Assembly: GCA_016190245.1 (NCBI GenBank)
Contig: JACPQY010000085.1
Location: forward strand, 35,095 to 99,094
Direction of reading: 5' to 3'
Length of the DNA stretch: 64,000 nt
Origin: Nitrospirota bacterium
Lineage (GTDB): Bacteria > JACPQY01
In this document: piece by piece, positions 44,763 to 54,848 of the stretch
Numbering within the stretch: position 1 is the stretch's first letter
Layout of the letters: every line of letters starts with the position of its first letter
Program-made: the position numbers and the translations under genes
Notes under the pieces: model-generated
Databases searched by the model: none
The model's input: the letters and a program-made list of their open reading frames with translations, nothing else
What the model was told of the DNA's origin: nothing

Positions 44763-47700
44763 TCATGGCAGATTGATCACGACGGTTGCGCTCAGCTTCA
44801 TGGCCGTCGTCCCATCCCCCACTTGGCCGCTCGTGTTCCCTCCCCAGCACTTGGCCGACCCGTCCGAGAGAGATGCGCACGTGAAGTCGCCTCCTCCCGT
44901 CAGCGCCACCACGCCGGAGAGGCCGGTCACGGACACCGCGGTGTTGCGGTCGAGGATCGAGCCGTCCCCGAGCTGGCCGCTGGCGTTGTCCCCCCAGCAT
45001 TTCGCGGCCCCACTGGCGTACCACGTGCAGCTATGGTTCTTGCCCGTCACGATCGACCGCACCGTGTTTGCCCCGCTCACCGCCGCCGGCGTGTTCCTCG
45101 TGGTGTTCGTCCCGTCCCCGAGCTGGCCATCCGTGTTCAGCCCCCAGCACTGTGCCGCCGAGGCAGTCGTGGCAAAACACGCGTGATCGCCTCCCGCGGC
45201 GATCGCCCTCACCCCCGTCGGCGAACCGAAGAGCGTCACGGGCGCGTTCTGGTTCACGTTGTCCCCGTTGCCGAGCTGCCCGCTCGCGTTGTAGCCCCAG
45301 CACCTCGGCGTTCCATCCGCGAGGACCGCGCAGGTGTGGTTGTCTCCCGCCGAGAGACCCACGGCCGTCGCGATCACGCTCACCGACACGGGCGTCAAAC
45401 TCTGGTTGTTCGTCCCATCCCCGAGCTGCCCGGACGTGTTCAGCCCCCAGCACTTGATCGTGCCGTCATAGATCAAGGCGCACGTGTGGCTGCCTCCGGC
45501 CGCGATCGCCGCGACCTTCGAGAGCGACGTGGCGCACGTCCCCACGTCACACACCGCCACGGGACTCGTCCCCTCCGTCGTCGAATTGTCCCCCAACTGG
45601 CCGTTCGTGTTCTTGCCGAAGCATTTCACGGTCCCACCGGCCACGAGAACGCACGTGTGTGAGCCTCCGCCCGCCACCGACAGGACATTCGCCAACGTCG
45701 AGATGTTGAGCGGCACGGAGCTGTTCGTCGTGCTCCCGATCCCGAGCTGACCGTTCCCGCCCAGCCCCCAGCATCGCACCTTCCCCTCCGTCACGACGGC
45801 GCACGCGTGACCGTCACCGCCGGTCATTGGCTCTTGGGCCCGCGTAGGGCGGGCTCCCCACCCCGACGCAAGCGCCCGGCTCGGCGAGATCAGCCCCACC
45901 GGCCCCTCGAGGACCGTCACCGCTCCCGGCTGGTACCAGCCGGATCCCGACACCCGCCCCAGGACGCCCGATCCGGCGTCATATCCCCAGCTCTGGAGCG
46001 TCCCGTCCGCCATGAGGGCAAAGCTGTGCTGACTGCCGTTCGAGGCCCCCGCCACCGACGTGAGGGTCAGCACCGCCCCCGACGACTTGCCGCAGGCATT
46101 GCCTGCACAGTCATCGGGCCCCGTGTTGTTCCCGTTCCCAAGCTGCCCGTAATAGTTCAGCCCCCAGCATCGCTCGGTCCCGTCCGACATCACCGTGCAG
46201 GCGTGGTCGGCACCCCCGCTATCCCCCGTCGCCACCCCCAGCGCACCCGTGCCCGCGCCGAACCCCAGGACGATGGCCGGCGTGTTGGACGACGACGTCC
46301 CCCCATTCCCCAACTGGCCGTTATTGCTTATTCCCCAGCACCTCGCCCCACCGTCCGAAAGCGTCGCGCACGTGTACCGATTCGCGGCCGCGATCGCCAC
46401 GACCTTCGAGAGCGAGGTCCCGCAATCGCTCACGTTGCACACCGCCACGGGGGTCATCTGGCAGGGTTGGCCGTTGCAGTTGCCGCTGGGGTTCCCCTGC
46501 CCGAGCTGGCCCTGGTCATCCCGGCCCCAGCACTTGGCGCCCCCTCCATCAACAGCCGCGCAGGCGTGCTCGGTCCCCGTGCTGATCGCCACGGAAGTGA
46601 AGCCCCCGGAGACCGTGGCCGGGGTGTAGCTGTCGGTCGTGCTCCCGATCCCGAGCTGGCCATAGTAGTTGTCCCCCCAGCAAACCGCCACCCCATTCAC
46701 CCGCAGCGCACACGCGTAAAAGCCGCCCACGCTGATCGCTATGGCGTCCGTCAGAGAGCCTTGCACCTGCATCGGCAGCTTCGAACACGCCACGGTGGAA
46801 CAAGTGCTCGGCCCCGTGCTGGTCCCGATCCCGAGCTGCCCCTGGTCGTTCCTCCCCCAGCACCAGACCGTGCCATCATGCTTGAGCGCGCAGGTCTCCT
46901 TCGCATCGTCGCCCCGCCCCGCGAAGACGGCTATCACACCCGTCAAGGACCCCGCACCGCAGCCGGTCGAGGCGCAGACGGTCACCGGCGTCGTCGAGGC
47001 CGTCGTCGAATCGTTGCCGAGTTGGCCGTAGGTATTGCCCCCCCAGCACTTCACGGTCCCGTCCCCCACCAGGGCGCAGGCGTAGGTGTCCGAGCCCGCT
47101 CCCCCCGAACTCATCCCCACCACACTCTGGGTGGAGTGCGTGTAGGCGCTCTTCTCCACCACGTTCGTGTCCACGTTGCCCGCCTCGTCCCGGGCCCGGA
47201 TCACGAAGAAATAGCGTGTCCCCACACTTAGGGGCGTGGCCGAATACGATACGGCACCGGCGCTCGTCGTGTAGGTGGCCGTGAAGCTCGAGGCGCACCC
47301 CGTGTAGGTCGTGCTCCAACATATCTGATAGACCATGTTGGCCGCCGAGGTGACGGAATCCGTCGCCGCGCTCCAGGTCAGGTTGATCTGGGTGGACGAC
47401 ACCGCACCCGCCGTGGTCGCCCCGCTGAAGGTCGGCGCCGTCCCGTCGTGCACATACGTGACCCCCGTCGAGGGGTTCGAGACATTCCCGGCCGCGTCGG
47501 TCGCCTTGGCCGTGATCGCGTTCGAGGCGTTCAGACTCACCGCCGTGGTCACGGTCACGGAGAACGCCCCGCCGGCATTGGCGCTCCCCGTCCCGATGAG
47601 CTCCCCGTCATCGAAGATCTGGATCGTGGCATTGGCCTCCGCGCTCCCCGTCACCGTGGGCTTGCTGTTGCTGCCCGGGCTCGCGGGACTCGTGGCCAGG

Positions 47701-49886
47701 CCCGTGGGCGCCCCCGGCGCCGTCGTGTCCACCAGGATCCCGTTCGAGGCCACCCATGCCCCGCTGTTCGCAGCCGTGTCGCGCGCCCGGACGCAGTTGT
47801 AGTACGTGGCGCTGTTGACGAGCGTGAGCCCCGTCGTGGTCTTGGCCGTCACCGCCCCCACGTTCACCGCCCCCACCGTCTCCCCACCGCAGGATGTCGA
47901 GAGGCTCAGGTTGTACTCGTAGCTCGCGATCCCGTTCGCGTCCGCGAACCCGCTCCAGGCCGCCGTCATGCTCGCCGTGTTGTTCTGGGCGACGACGTCC
48001 GTCGGTCCCCCGTCCGTGACCGCCCCGCCCGACGGGACCACGTTGTCGTGCACGTAGGTCAGGGTGTTCGAGACCGCCGACACGTTGCCCGCGTTGTCCG
48101 CGGCCTTGGCCGTGATCGCGTTCGAGGCGTTGCCGCTCACCGCCGTCGAGACCACAATCGAGAAGGACCCACCGCTCCCGACCGACCCGGTTCCGATAAG
48201 CGCCCCATCGTCGAAAATCTGCACCGCGATGTTCGCCTCCGTCGTCCCCGAGACCGTGGGCAGGAGGGAGTTGCCCGGGCTGGACGGGGTCAGGGAGCTT
48301 AGGGTCACCGCCGGCGCCGTCTTGTCGTTGGTGAGCGGGAGGGCCTGGCTCACGTTGCCGGCCGCGTCCACGGCCACGACGTAGATCTTGTCCGAGGCAT
48401 CCCCCTTGTTGTCGCCGATCCCCACGGACGCGAAAGACCCGCTCGCTTGAGCGGTCGTCTCCGCCAACTTGGACGTGAGGAGCGCGTCCTCGTAGATCTT
48501 CACCGTCGCCGAGGTCTCCACGGCGCCCGCCGAACCGCTCACTTGGTCCGACGTGCCCGGCGCGTTCATGGTGACCGTCACTTTCGCCACGTCCGGCGAG
48601 CCCGGCGCGGTCGTGTCCACCGTCCACGTGTGCGCCACGATGGCCGACTCGTTGCCGGCGGGATCTATGGCCTTGACCTGGAGCGTGTGGGAACCGTCGG
48701 CAAGACCGGCCAACGCATAGGGCGAGGTGCAGGCCGAGAAAACTCCGCCGTCGAGCGCACAATTGGTCCCACAATTGAGCTCGCTGCACGAGAACGTGAA
48801 CGAGGCGCTGTTGGAGGCCACGATCGCGCCGGGACCCCCCGTCACGGTCGTTGTGGGCGCCGCCGTGTCAATCGTCCACGTGTAGCTGACCGGTGTGGAA
48901 TCGGCCACGCCGTCCGCCGAAACACCCCGCGCTTGGAACGTGTGCTTGCCCTGGGGCAGGCCCTCGTGGAGGCTGGGCGACTTGCAGTCGGCGAACCCCG
49001 CGCCGTCCAGATTGCACTGCGTGGAGACACCCGTGGTCGTGAACCGGAATGTGGCCGAGGTCGAGTTGGTCAGCGCAGGCGGCTTCGCCTGGAGGCTCGT
49101 CTCGGGCTCGGAGCCCGCGGCCACCGTGGGCGGGGTGATGACCGCGCCCGTGACCGGGTCCACCAGAGTCGTCCCCGCAGTGGTCGTCTGGCCTGAGGAA
49201 ATGGCGCCCTGGAACGCGTCCGTGAGGGTGGATGAGGCCTGCGTCACCTGCTCAGCCGTGGGCTTGCTGAGCGCGTTCTGGGGATCCGTGCCCAGGATCA
49301 GCTCGATGAAGTTTGCAATGGTGTCTCCATCGTCATCTGCGATGACCACGCCCGAGGCGTCGAGCAGAATGAGAACGTCGGAGCCGGAGAAATCGATCAC
49401 ACCGGTCGCGGTGAGAATGAGAGTGCCGCTTTTGTCGATCACATAGACCTCGAAGGTCACCTGGGAGGCTTGGCGGCGCGGGCTGCCTCTGACACCCGCG
49501 GCATCGAGGGCCACTTCCTCAGGCAGTGCGAGCGACAGCGCAGCCCCCGAGTCTGATTCCGCCATCGTCAGGGCCAAGCCCTCACCCACGGTGCGACCGT
49601 TCACCGAGATCGTGGCCGTGCCGTCGCGCGCCTTCACGGCGCCCGCCACTTCAACAGCGACGGGAATGGCGATCGTAAGCGTTTCCTCTTCGCCCGATCC
49701 CTTCTTCTTGCAGCCAGGGCCGGCCACGAGAAGCAGGCACAAAGCTGAAAGCAACAAGCGAACGAAAGATGGAACGTGGTTGGACGGATGAGACGAACGC
49801 AGCATGTGACTCCCCTCCTCACTCATGCGGGACGACAACATGGGACCAGAGGTACCCCTTTCACTCGCCACCCTCTGAAACCCCAC
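44763..49886 (-). CDS. Giant surface lipoprotein: Ig-like/FN3 stalk plus RCC1/BLIP-II repeats (adhesin 2, paralog of 25158-30491)
   Basis: Same domain string and extensive DNA similarity to adhesin 1; different N-terminus (GPGC lipobox-like); start may be near 49806. Confidence 0.9.
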   Translation of the reverse strand: MGFQRVASERGTSGPMLSSRMSEEGSHMLRSSHPSNHVPSFVRLLLSALCLLLVAGPGCKKKGSGEEETLTIAIPVAVEVAGAVKARDGTATISVNGRTVGEGLALTMAESDSGAALSLALPEEVALDAAGVRGSPRRQASQVTFEVYVIDKSGTLILTATGVIDFSGSDVLILLDASGVVIADDDGDTIANFIELILGTDPQNALSKPTAEQVTQASSTLTDAFQGAISSGQTTTAGTTLVDPVTGAVITPPTVAAGSEPETSLQAKPPALTNSTSATFRFTTTGVSTQCNLDGAGFADCKSPSLHEGLPQGKHTFQARGVSADGVADSTPVSYTWTIDTAAPTTTVTGGPGAIVASNSASFTFSCSELNCGTNCALDGGVFSACTSPYALAGLADGSHTLQVKAIDPAGNESAIVAHTWTVDTTAPGSPDVAKVTVTMNAPGTSDQVSGSAGAVETSATVKIYEDALLTSKLAETTAQASGSFASVGIGDNKGDASDKIYVVAVDAAGNVSQALPLTNDKTAPAVTLSSLTPSSPGNSLLPTVSGTTEANIAVQIFDDGALIGTGSVGSGGSFSIVVSTAVSGNASNAITAKAADNAGNVSAVSNTLTYVHDNVVPSGGAVTDGGPTDVVAQNNTASMTAAWSGFADANGIASYEYNLSLSTSCGGETVGAVNVGAVTAKTTTGLTLVNSATYYNCVRARDTAANSGAWVASNGILVDTTAPGAPTGLATSPASPGSNSKPTVTGSAEANATIQIFDDGELIGTGSANAGGAFSVTVTTAVSLNASNAITAKATDAAGNVSNPSTGVTYVHDGTAPTFSGATTAGAVSSTQINLTWSAATDSVTSAANMVYQICWSTTYTGCASSFTATYTTSAGAVSYSATPLSVGTRYFFVIRARDEAGNVDTNVVEKSAYTHSTQSVVGMSSGGAGSDTYACALVGDGTVKCWGGNTYGQLGNDSTTASTTPVTVCASTGCGAGSLTGVIAVFAGRGDDAKETCALKHDGTVWCWGRNDQGQLGIGTSTGPSTCSTVACSKLPMQVQGSLTDAIAISVGGFYACALRVNGVAVCWGDNYYGQLGIGSTTDSYTPATVSGGFTSVAISTGTEHACAAVDGGGAKCWGRDDQGQLGQGNPSGNCNGQPCQMTPVAVCNVSDCGTSLSKVVAIAAANRYTCATLSDGGARCWGISNNGQLGNGGTSSSNTPAIVLGFGAGTGALGVATGDSGGADHACTVMSDGTERCWGLNYYGQLGNGNNTGPDDCAGNACGKSSGAVLTLTSVAGASNGSQHSFALMADGTLQSWGYDAGSGVLGRVSGSGWYQPGAVTVLEGPVGLISPSRALASGWGARPTRAQEPMTGGDGHACAVVTEGKVRCWGLGGNGQLGIGSTTNSSVPLNISTLANVLSVAGGGSHTCVLVAGGTVKCFGKNTNGQLGDNSTTEGTSPVAVCDVGTCATSLSKVAAIAAGGSHTCALIYDGTIKCWGLNTSGQLGDGTNNQSLTPVSVSVIATAVGLSAGDNHTCAVLADGTPRCWGYNASGQLGNGDNVNQNAPVTLFGSPTGVRAIAAGGDHACFATTASAAQCWGLNTDGQLGDGTNTTRNTPAAVSGANTVRSIVTGKNHSCTWYASGAAKCWGDNASGQLGDGSILDRNTAVSVTGLSGVVALTGGGDFTCASLSDGSAKCWGGNTSGQVGDGTTAMKLSATVVINLP

Positions 49887-49998
49887 TCTGGCCCAGGTGA
49901 CTTGCGACTTGTGATTTCCATAGAATATGGCATCTTATTTGTCAAGTTAGCTCACCTTTTGGACCCTTCCAAAAGCGCGGGAAGGATGGTGATGGTTG

Positions 49999-50421
49999 AT
50001 GGATGATCGGAGCAAGCGGCGGAGACGCCACCCGCCTCGGACCGTGACGGTCAAACCCACTGAACTGGGCCTTCGGCTCGGCGCCCGCATCAGGGCGTTG
50101 CGCGAGCGGGGCGGGGTCACGCAGGTGCAGCTTGCGGAACGCGCAAGCATCGGCATCGAGACCGTCAGCCGCCTCGAGCGGGGCATCGAGAACCCCACGA
50201 TCGGGATCCTCGAGACGGTCTGCCGGGCGCTGAACGTGGACATCCACGAATTGTTCGAGCGGGCGTATTCGGTTGAGGAGTACATCCGGAAGCAGGAGGT
50301 GCGCCAGATCGCCGAGAGGCTCGGGGGGGCCACCCCTGCCGAGCTTGCCGCCTTCCGCACCCTGGCCAATGGGATCCGTACGCGGGGCTCGAAGCCATAC
50401 CGGCAACGGCGCTCGCGGTAG
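49999..50421 (+). CDS. XRE/Cro-CI family HTH regulator
   Basis: LGARIRALR..TQVQLAERASIGIETVSRLERG..NPT..LE.VC.AL; divergent from the adhesin operon. Confidence 0.9.
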   Translation: MDDRSKRRRRHPPRTVTVKPTELGLRLGARIRALRERGGVTQVQLAERASIGIETVSRLERGIENPTIGILETVCRALNVDIHELFERAYSVEEYIRKQEVRQIAERLGGATPAELAAFRTLANGIRTRGSKPYRQRRSR

Positions 50422-50500
50422 AGTCCAGCCCCGCAGAATCCCCCGTTCCCATCTTTTTCAGGCCCTCTGAGCAACCCCATATCATTTGCCCCTATTAACA

Positions 50501-50529
50501 TTAGACTCCTGAGACCCGCGTTTTGTTCC
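50501..50529 (-). promoter_or_regulatory. ECF-sigma-type promoter, copy 3 (convergent with the XRE gene)
   Basis: GGAAC-N18-GTCTAA. Confidence 0.55.
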
Positions 50530-50562
50530 AATGTGGACTCGGCCACTCTTCATCAGCCCCCC

Positions 50563-50962
50563 TCACTGAGCCACCGCGGCCACCTGCACCGGAGTGGCCG
50601 ACTGGGTGGTGCCTTCATCGCCCAGTTCGCCGTGGTCGCTGTCCCCCCAGCACCGAGCACTCCCGTCCGACAAGACAGTGCAGGTGTGCAGATTCCCCGC
50701 CGCAATGCCCACAGCCGATGAAAGTCCCACAACCGGGGCAGCAATGGGGAAACTGGTCAACTCAATCAACTTGGCAAACTGGTAAGATGGGACCATGGCA
50801 CCAGTGAGAGCCCCCGTTCCCAACTGGCCGACCACGTTGCCACCCCAACACCGAACCGTCCCATCCGAAATGAGCGCGCAACTGTAGTCGCTGCCCACGG
50901 CGATTGCCTTCGCACGGGAAACGCCCGCGACCGTGGCCGGCACTTTGGAGTACGTCCGCAGG
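50563..50962 (-). pseudogene. 5'-truncated RCC1-repeat gene remnant
   Basis: Two RCC1 repeats (YSCALISDGTVRCWG, HTCTVLSDGSARCWG) in a frame that begins at the RAYT inverted repeat without a proper start. Confidence 0.7.
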
Positions 50963-51698
50963 GAAAAGGGGACATTCCTATTTTTCACGGCAGCAGCCTC
51001 GGGCGACCCCGCGGCCGAAGGCTGGACTCCAACCCCAGATGCGCTGCGGTCACGAGCACCCAGTCCCGGCGACCGAACGGAGTTCCCTTGTTTACACATG
51101 TGCGCACGCGATCCAACTCCCCAGGCGCGAACGGCGTGTTGACCCAATCCGCCCAGCTGGCGGGCCACACCACTGGACCTCCATCCAGCTCGATGTGGTT
51201 TCGGACGCCCAGACGAACGCCGCTGCTGGACCACTCCCACTCACTGGCCCTCCTGACCAAGCCCGCCCGAACCGGGTTCCGCTCGATATAGCGAGCCGCG
51301 ACAAGAAGATGCCCGTCCTGCTGAATCGGAAAGGCCTTGAACCGGCCCTGCCAAATCCGGCCGCTCGTACCGTAATGCTTGTTGTACCGGCAGACGTGTG
51401 TCGTGAGCAGCCAGTGCATGTAGCGGCTCAGGTCGTCATCACCGTGAGGCCAGAGCAGGAGATGAAAATGATTTGGCATCAGGCAATACGCCAACAATCG
51501 CATGCCCACGCGAGCCCCAGCCTCTCTGAGGAGTTCAACAAAAGCCTGGTAATCGTCGCAATTGTGGAAAATCTCGCGGCGACCGTTTCCGCGATTGATC
51601 ACGTGGTAGCAGATGTCACCCACGCAGGCCCGTGAGGTTCGAGGCATCAGGATCGCTCTACTCCGCGTCTTGTCGAAAAATAGGAATGTCCCCTTTTC
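50963..51698 (-). mobile_element. RAYT-type element with perfect 24-bp terminal inverted repeats
   Basis: GAAAAGGGGACATTCCTATTTTTC (50963-86) and its exact reverse complement (51675-98). Confidence 0.8.
50985..51647 (-). CDS. REP-associated tyrosine (HUH/Y1) transposase
   Basis: YHVINRGN..AYCLMPNHFHLL..GRIWQGRFKA..YIERNPVRAG..WSS. Confidence 0.92.
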   Translation of the reverse strand: MPRTSRACVGDICYHVINRGNGRREIFHNCDDYQAFVELLREAGARVGMRLLAYCLMPNHFHLLLWPHGDDDLSRYMHWLLTTHVCRYNKHYGTSGRIWQGRFKAFPIQQDGHLLVAARYIERNPVRAGLVRRASEWEWSSSGVRLGVRNHIELDGGPVVWPASWADWVNTPFAPGELDRVRTCVNKGTPFGRRDWVLVTAAHLGLESSLRPRGRPRLLP

Positions 51699-51703
51699 TT
51701 CAT

Positions 51704-54700
51704 CTAGTCCCTCAGCGTGTTCCGATACGCCTCGACGGCGCGGTCGGCGCGGCCGGCCACGACGGCGTCGGGAGCACCATCGCCATCGAGATCGCCCAGC
51801 TTCAACTCGTGGGCGCCCGAGGCGACCGATTCGAAGAAGGGGCGACAGTAGCGCCCGCCGCCGAGCGATTTGAGGAGCATCAACTCATCGCCTTTCCCGC
51901 GCCGCCCCCCGGCGCCGACGACGGCCAGGAGGTCGCCGCGCCCATCCGCATCGAGATCCGCCTGTTGCAGGGCCAAAATGGGAGCCTCGATCTCCCGGCT
52001 CCGAAGGAGCGTGATAGGGGGCGCCGACCCCGGTGCAGGGTTGTAGAAGAGCAGGTGCCCGCTGTGCGTCCCCACGATGACCTCGCTCTTTCCGTCGCCG
52101 TCCGTGTCCCCCGCCGCCAGCGCCGAGGGCACACCCGGAAGCTTGAGAGCCATGGGCGCGCCATACGACCCGGTGGCGGGATCTCCCAGGGCGATGGAAA
52201 GCGACGAGGTGATCGGGTGGATCGCGAGGAGGTCCTTCTTGCCATCGCCATCCACGTCCAGGAAGAGTTGACCTTCCGGATCGGGCAGGGTCGTGGCGCT
52301 GCGGGCCGTGAACGCGCCCCCTGAGTTGAGGAACCACGTGACCTTGTCCTTCGCCGGAATCACATGGGCGAGGTCGAGCCTTCCGTCGCCGTCCAGATCC
52401 GCCGCCGTCAGCGCCAGACCGTTCTTCTCCGTCGAGAGGCTCGCGATGGATTGGTACGTGTCACCCCGCACGAGCAGGACCGAGCCTTCGTCCAGCAGCA
52501 CGGCAAGGTCTTCCACCGTGCCGCCGGTGAGAGGACCCGCGCCGAGGGAGGAGCCGGCGGAGGTGGTGGTGAGGGTGTCCACCACTCCGAGGAGGTTCCC
52601 CACGGAGCCGAGCCCGTAGGCGTAGATCTTCTTGTTCGCGAGGTCCGAGACGTGAACGCGCGCCACCCGCCCTCGCTCGGAGATCAGGCCCACGGCCACG
52701 GGGTCCGGCTGGGGATCGGTGACAAACGCGGTGGAGAGATGGCCGCTCGATTGCCGATAGACCGCAAGCTTCTCCGATGTGAGCGCCACCACCTCGGACG
52801 TGCCGTTGCCATCGAGATCCGCCATCGCCAACGATTCTGCGGGGCCGAATGCAGACGCGGCGGAGCCCGTCACGGTGGTCTGCACCATGCCGATGGGCTT
52901 GAGGGCGGCGCTGATGAGCATGGACCGAATCACCGCTCCGCCGTTTTCCAAGAAAACGAGGTCCTCGATGCCGTCGGTGTTAAGGTGACCGATAACGGGT
53001 CGCTCGGGTGCGTCCAGCCCCTCTTGGATCGTCGGCGTTTGGAAAAGGCCCTCCGGTTCCATCTCGAGGATTCGAAGTTCGCTCTCCGAGAGGGCGATGA
53101 TCTCGGGCGCGGCGTCGCCATCGAGGTCGGCCCCAAGAATCTCCGTGAGCGGCGGAAGGCCGCTCTCTCTACGAACGAATTCGTAGCGGCCGTCCTTCTT
53201 GGGCGAATCGAAAACGTTGAGAGCGCCCTCGAGCAGCGAGGCCGTGCCGAACACGAGCTCGGTCACGCCGTCCTGGTCGTAGTCCACCGCGGCGACACCG
53301 ATCACGCCCGAGAGGCCCGTGCGGGTTGAGGCCAGCGGCGTGAGGAGCAAACCCTTGGTCGCATCGTAGCGGCCCTTGGCGGTGAGGATCGTCGCGGTGC
53401 GCAGGTCCACCCCCACGAAGTCGTAGAGGCCGTCGGCATCAACGTCCGTCCACTCTGCCGGCATCAACAGCGTGCCGGGGTTCTCGCGCACGGGATGTTC
53501 CTTGCCCGCGAACGGACGCCCGTTGGAATCCACGCGAGACGAGAGGGCGATGTAGGGTCCCCTCAGCCCGGCCGCGGTCAGGATGGCATCGCGGACGCCG
53601 TCCGAATCCACATCGAAATACACAACCTGTTCGGGGGCCCCCACGTCGAGGTCGAGCCGGTCGAGGTGTGTGGCCAGCCGGGTGAGCGTGGGCGCTTCGA
53701 GCAGCCAGAGCCGGCTTGAGGCCGCCGAGACCATCATGAGTTCCTCCCGACCGTCGAGGTTCACGTCCGTGCCCGTGGCGCGGGCCTCACCCGAGGGGTA
53801 GATCCCCAGGTCCGTGGTCCACAAACGTTCGAGGGGGCGGACGCCCTTCACCTCGATCGTCAGCGGGAGCCCGCCAAAATCCGGCTTCTCCCCCTTGGGC
53901 CCGCGCAGCTTCACGCCGTCTTCGGTGAGCTTGAGAGTGAGCGACCGGCCGGAGAGAGACGGCCCGGCGCAATCCGCCTCGACCGCGATCACGAACCCGG
54001 TTGCGCCGCCGCTGAGCGAGATTTCCTCCCCCTCCCCCTCGCGCACGAGGCGCAAGCGGAACTTTCCTTCGCCGGTCGGCTGCGGCGCGATCTCGCCGAG
54101 CTTGATGTCCCCCTCGGAAACGGCGTGGTCTCCATCCACATCCTGGTAAAGGAAGACACGCGTCACCGCCCCCAGCGCCGCCGAATCCGAGCCCTCCACC
54201 TCGAGTTCGACGCCCCGGAAGAGGAGCGGTGAGTTGGCGTTGATCTCGAAGGCGAGCAGCGTGCCCACCCCAGAGAAGGCGCTCACCTTGGAGGAATCGG
54301 AAGCCACGCGGATGTTGCCCGCCTGCGGGATGGTATTGATCAAGCGGAGGGCGTAGGTCTCTCGCACTTCGAAAGTGCCCGCGCCACCGACGCGCACCAC
54401 CAGACGGACGGGATACGTCCCGTCCGGGTTGGTGTTCTTCTGGCTGAGAATGTAACCGACCTCGTACCTGCCGTCCGGGAGGGCCTGGATGGTGACGGCA
54501 TCCGCGGCGTACCCCGTGTCAACGGCTGAGAAGTCCGCCTGGACGGACCCCTCTTGCGGCGCGAGGCCGGAGAGACCGAGGTCGAGCGTGAGAACCACCC
54601 GATCCCCGTTGCGCACTTCGGAGGGCCCCGTCACGGTGATGGCGGGACCGATGGGAGCCTCCTGGGCCTGTTCGCAGGCGACTGCAAGTGCGAGCAGAAC

Positions 54701-54721
54701 AGCGAGCGACCCCCTCTTCAT
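51704..54721 (-). CDS. FG-GAP/VCBS-repeat lipoprotein
   Basis: AVAC lipobox; many D.(D/N)GDG..D repeats. Confidence 0.85.
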   Translation of the reverse strand: MKRGSLAVLLALAVACEQAQEAPIGPAITVTGPSEVRNGDRVVLTLDLGLSGLAPQEGSVQADFSAVDTGYAADAVTIQALPDGRYEVGYILSQKNTNPDGTYPVRLVVRVGGAGTFEVRETYALRLINTIPQAGNIRVASDSSKVSAFSGVGTLLAFEINANSPLLFRGVELEVEGSDSAALGAVTRVFLYQDVDGDHAVSEGDIKLGEIAPQPTGEGKFRLRLVREGEGEEISLSGGATGFVIAVEADCAGPSLSGRSLTLKLTEDGVKLRGPKGEKPDFGGLPLTIEVKGVRPLERLWTTDLGIYPSGEARATGTDVNLDGREELMMVSAASSRLWLLEAPTLTRLATHLDRLDLDVGAPEQVVYFDVDSDGVRDAILTAAGLRGPYIALSSRVDSNGRPFAGKEHPVRENPGTLLMPAEWTDVDADGLYDFVGVDLRTATILTAKGRYDATKGLLLTPLASTRTGLSGVIGVAAVDYDQDGVTELVFGTASLLEGALNVFDSPKKDGRYEFVRRESGLPPLTEILGADLDGDAAPEIIALSESELRILEMEPEGLFQTPTIQEGLDAPERPVIGHLNTDGIEDLVFLENGGAVIRSMLISAALKPIGMVQTTVTGSAASAFGPAESLAMADLDGNGTSEVVALTSEKLAVYRQSSGHLSTAFVTDPQPDPVAVGLISERGRVARVHVSDLANKKIYAYGLGSVGNLLGVVDTLTTTSAGSSLGAGPLTGGTVEDLAVLLDEGSVLLVRGDTYQSIASLSTEKNGLALTAADLDGDGRLDLAHVIPAKDKVTWFLNSGGAFTARSATTLPDPEGQLFLDVDGDGKKDLLAIHPITSSLSIALGDPATGSYGAPMALKLPGVPSALAAGDTDGDGKSEVIVGTHSGHLLFYNPAPGSAPPITLLRSREIEAPILALQQADLDADGRGDLLAVVGAGGRRGKGDELMLLKSLGGGRYCRPFFESVASGAHELKLGDLDGDGAPDAVVAGRADRAVEAYRNTLRD

Positions 54722-54848
54722 CCCATTACTCCCTGGCCCGGATCGGCGCGGCGGCAGACCTTCTCCGCACCCACAACTTCGAGAATGCTCCCGTGCAGGC
54801 AGCCCCTCTTGGAAGGTCCGATGCGCATAACTAGTCCCTCTATAGTTA

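Noticed and set aside
42609-45024. Long minus-strand ORFs 42609-43508 and 43048-45024
   Set aside because: They are translations of repeat mosaics and antisense protease genes with no protein-like features.
19059-49886. Diversity-generating retroelement (Avd-like four-helix protein plus paralogous RCC1 C-termini as TR/VR)
   Set aside because: No reverse transcriptase is present, and mismatches between the two adhesin 3' ends are mixed and largely synonymous, not adenine-specific.
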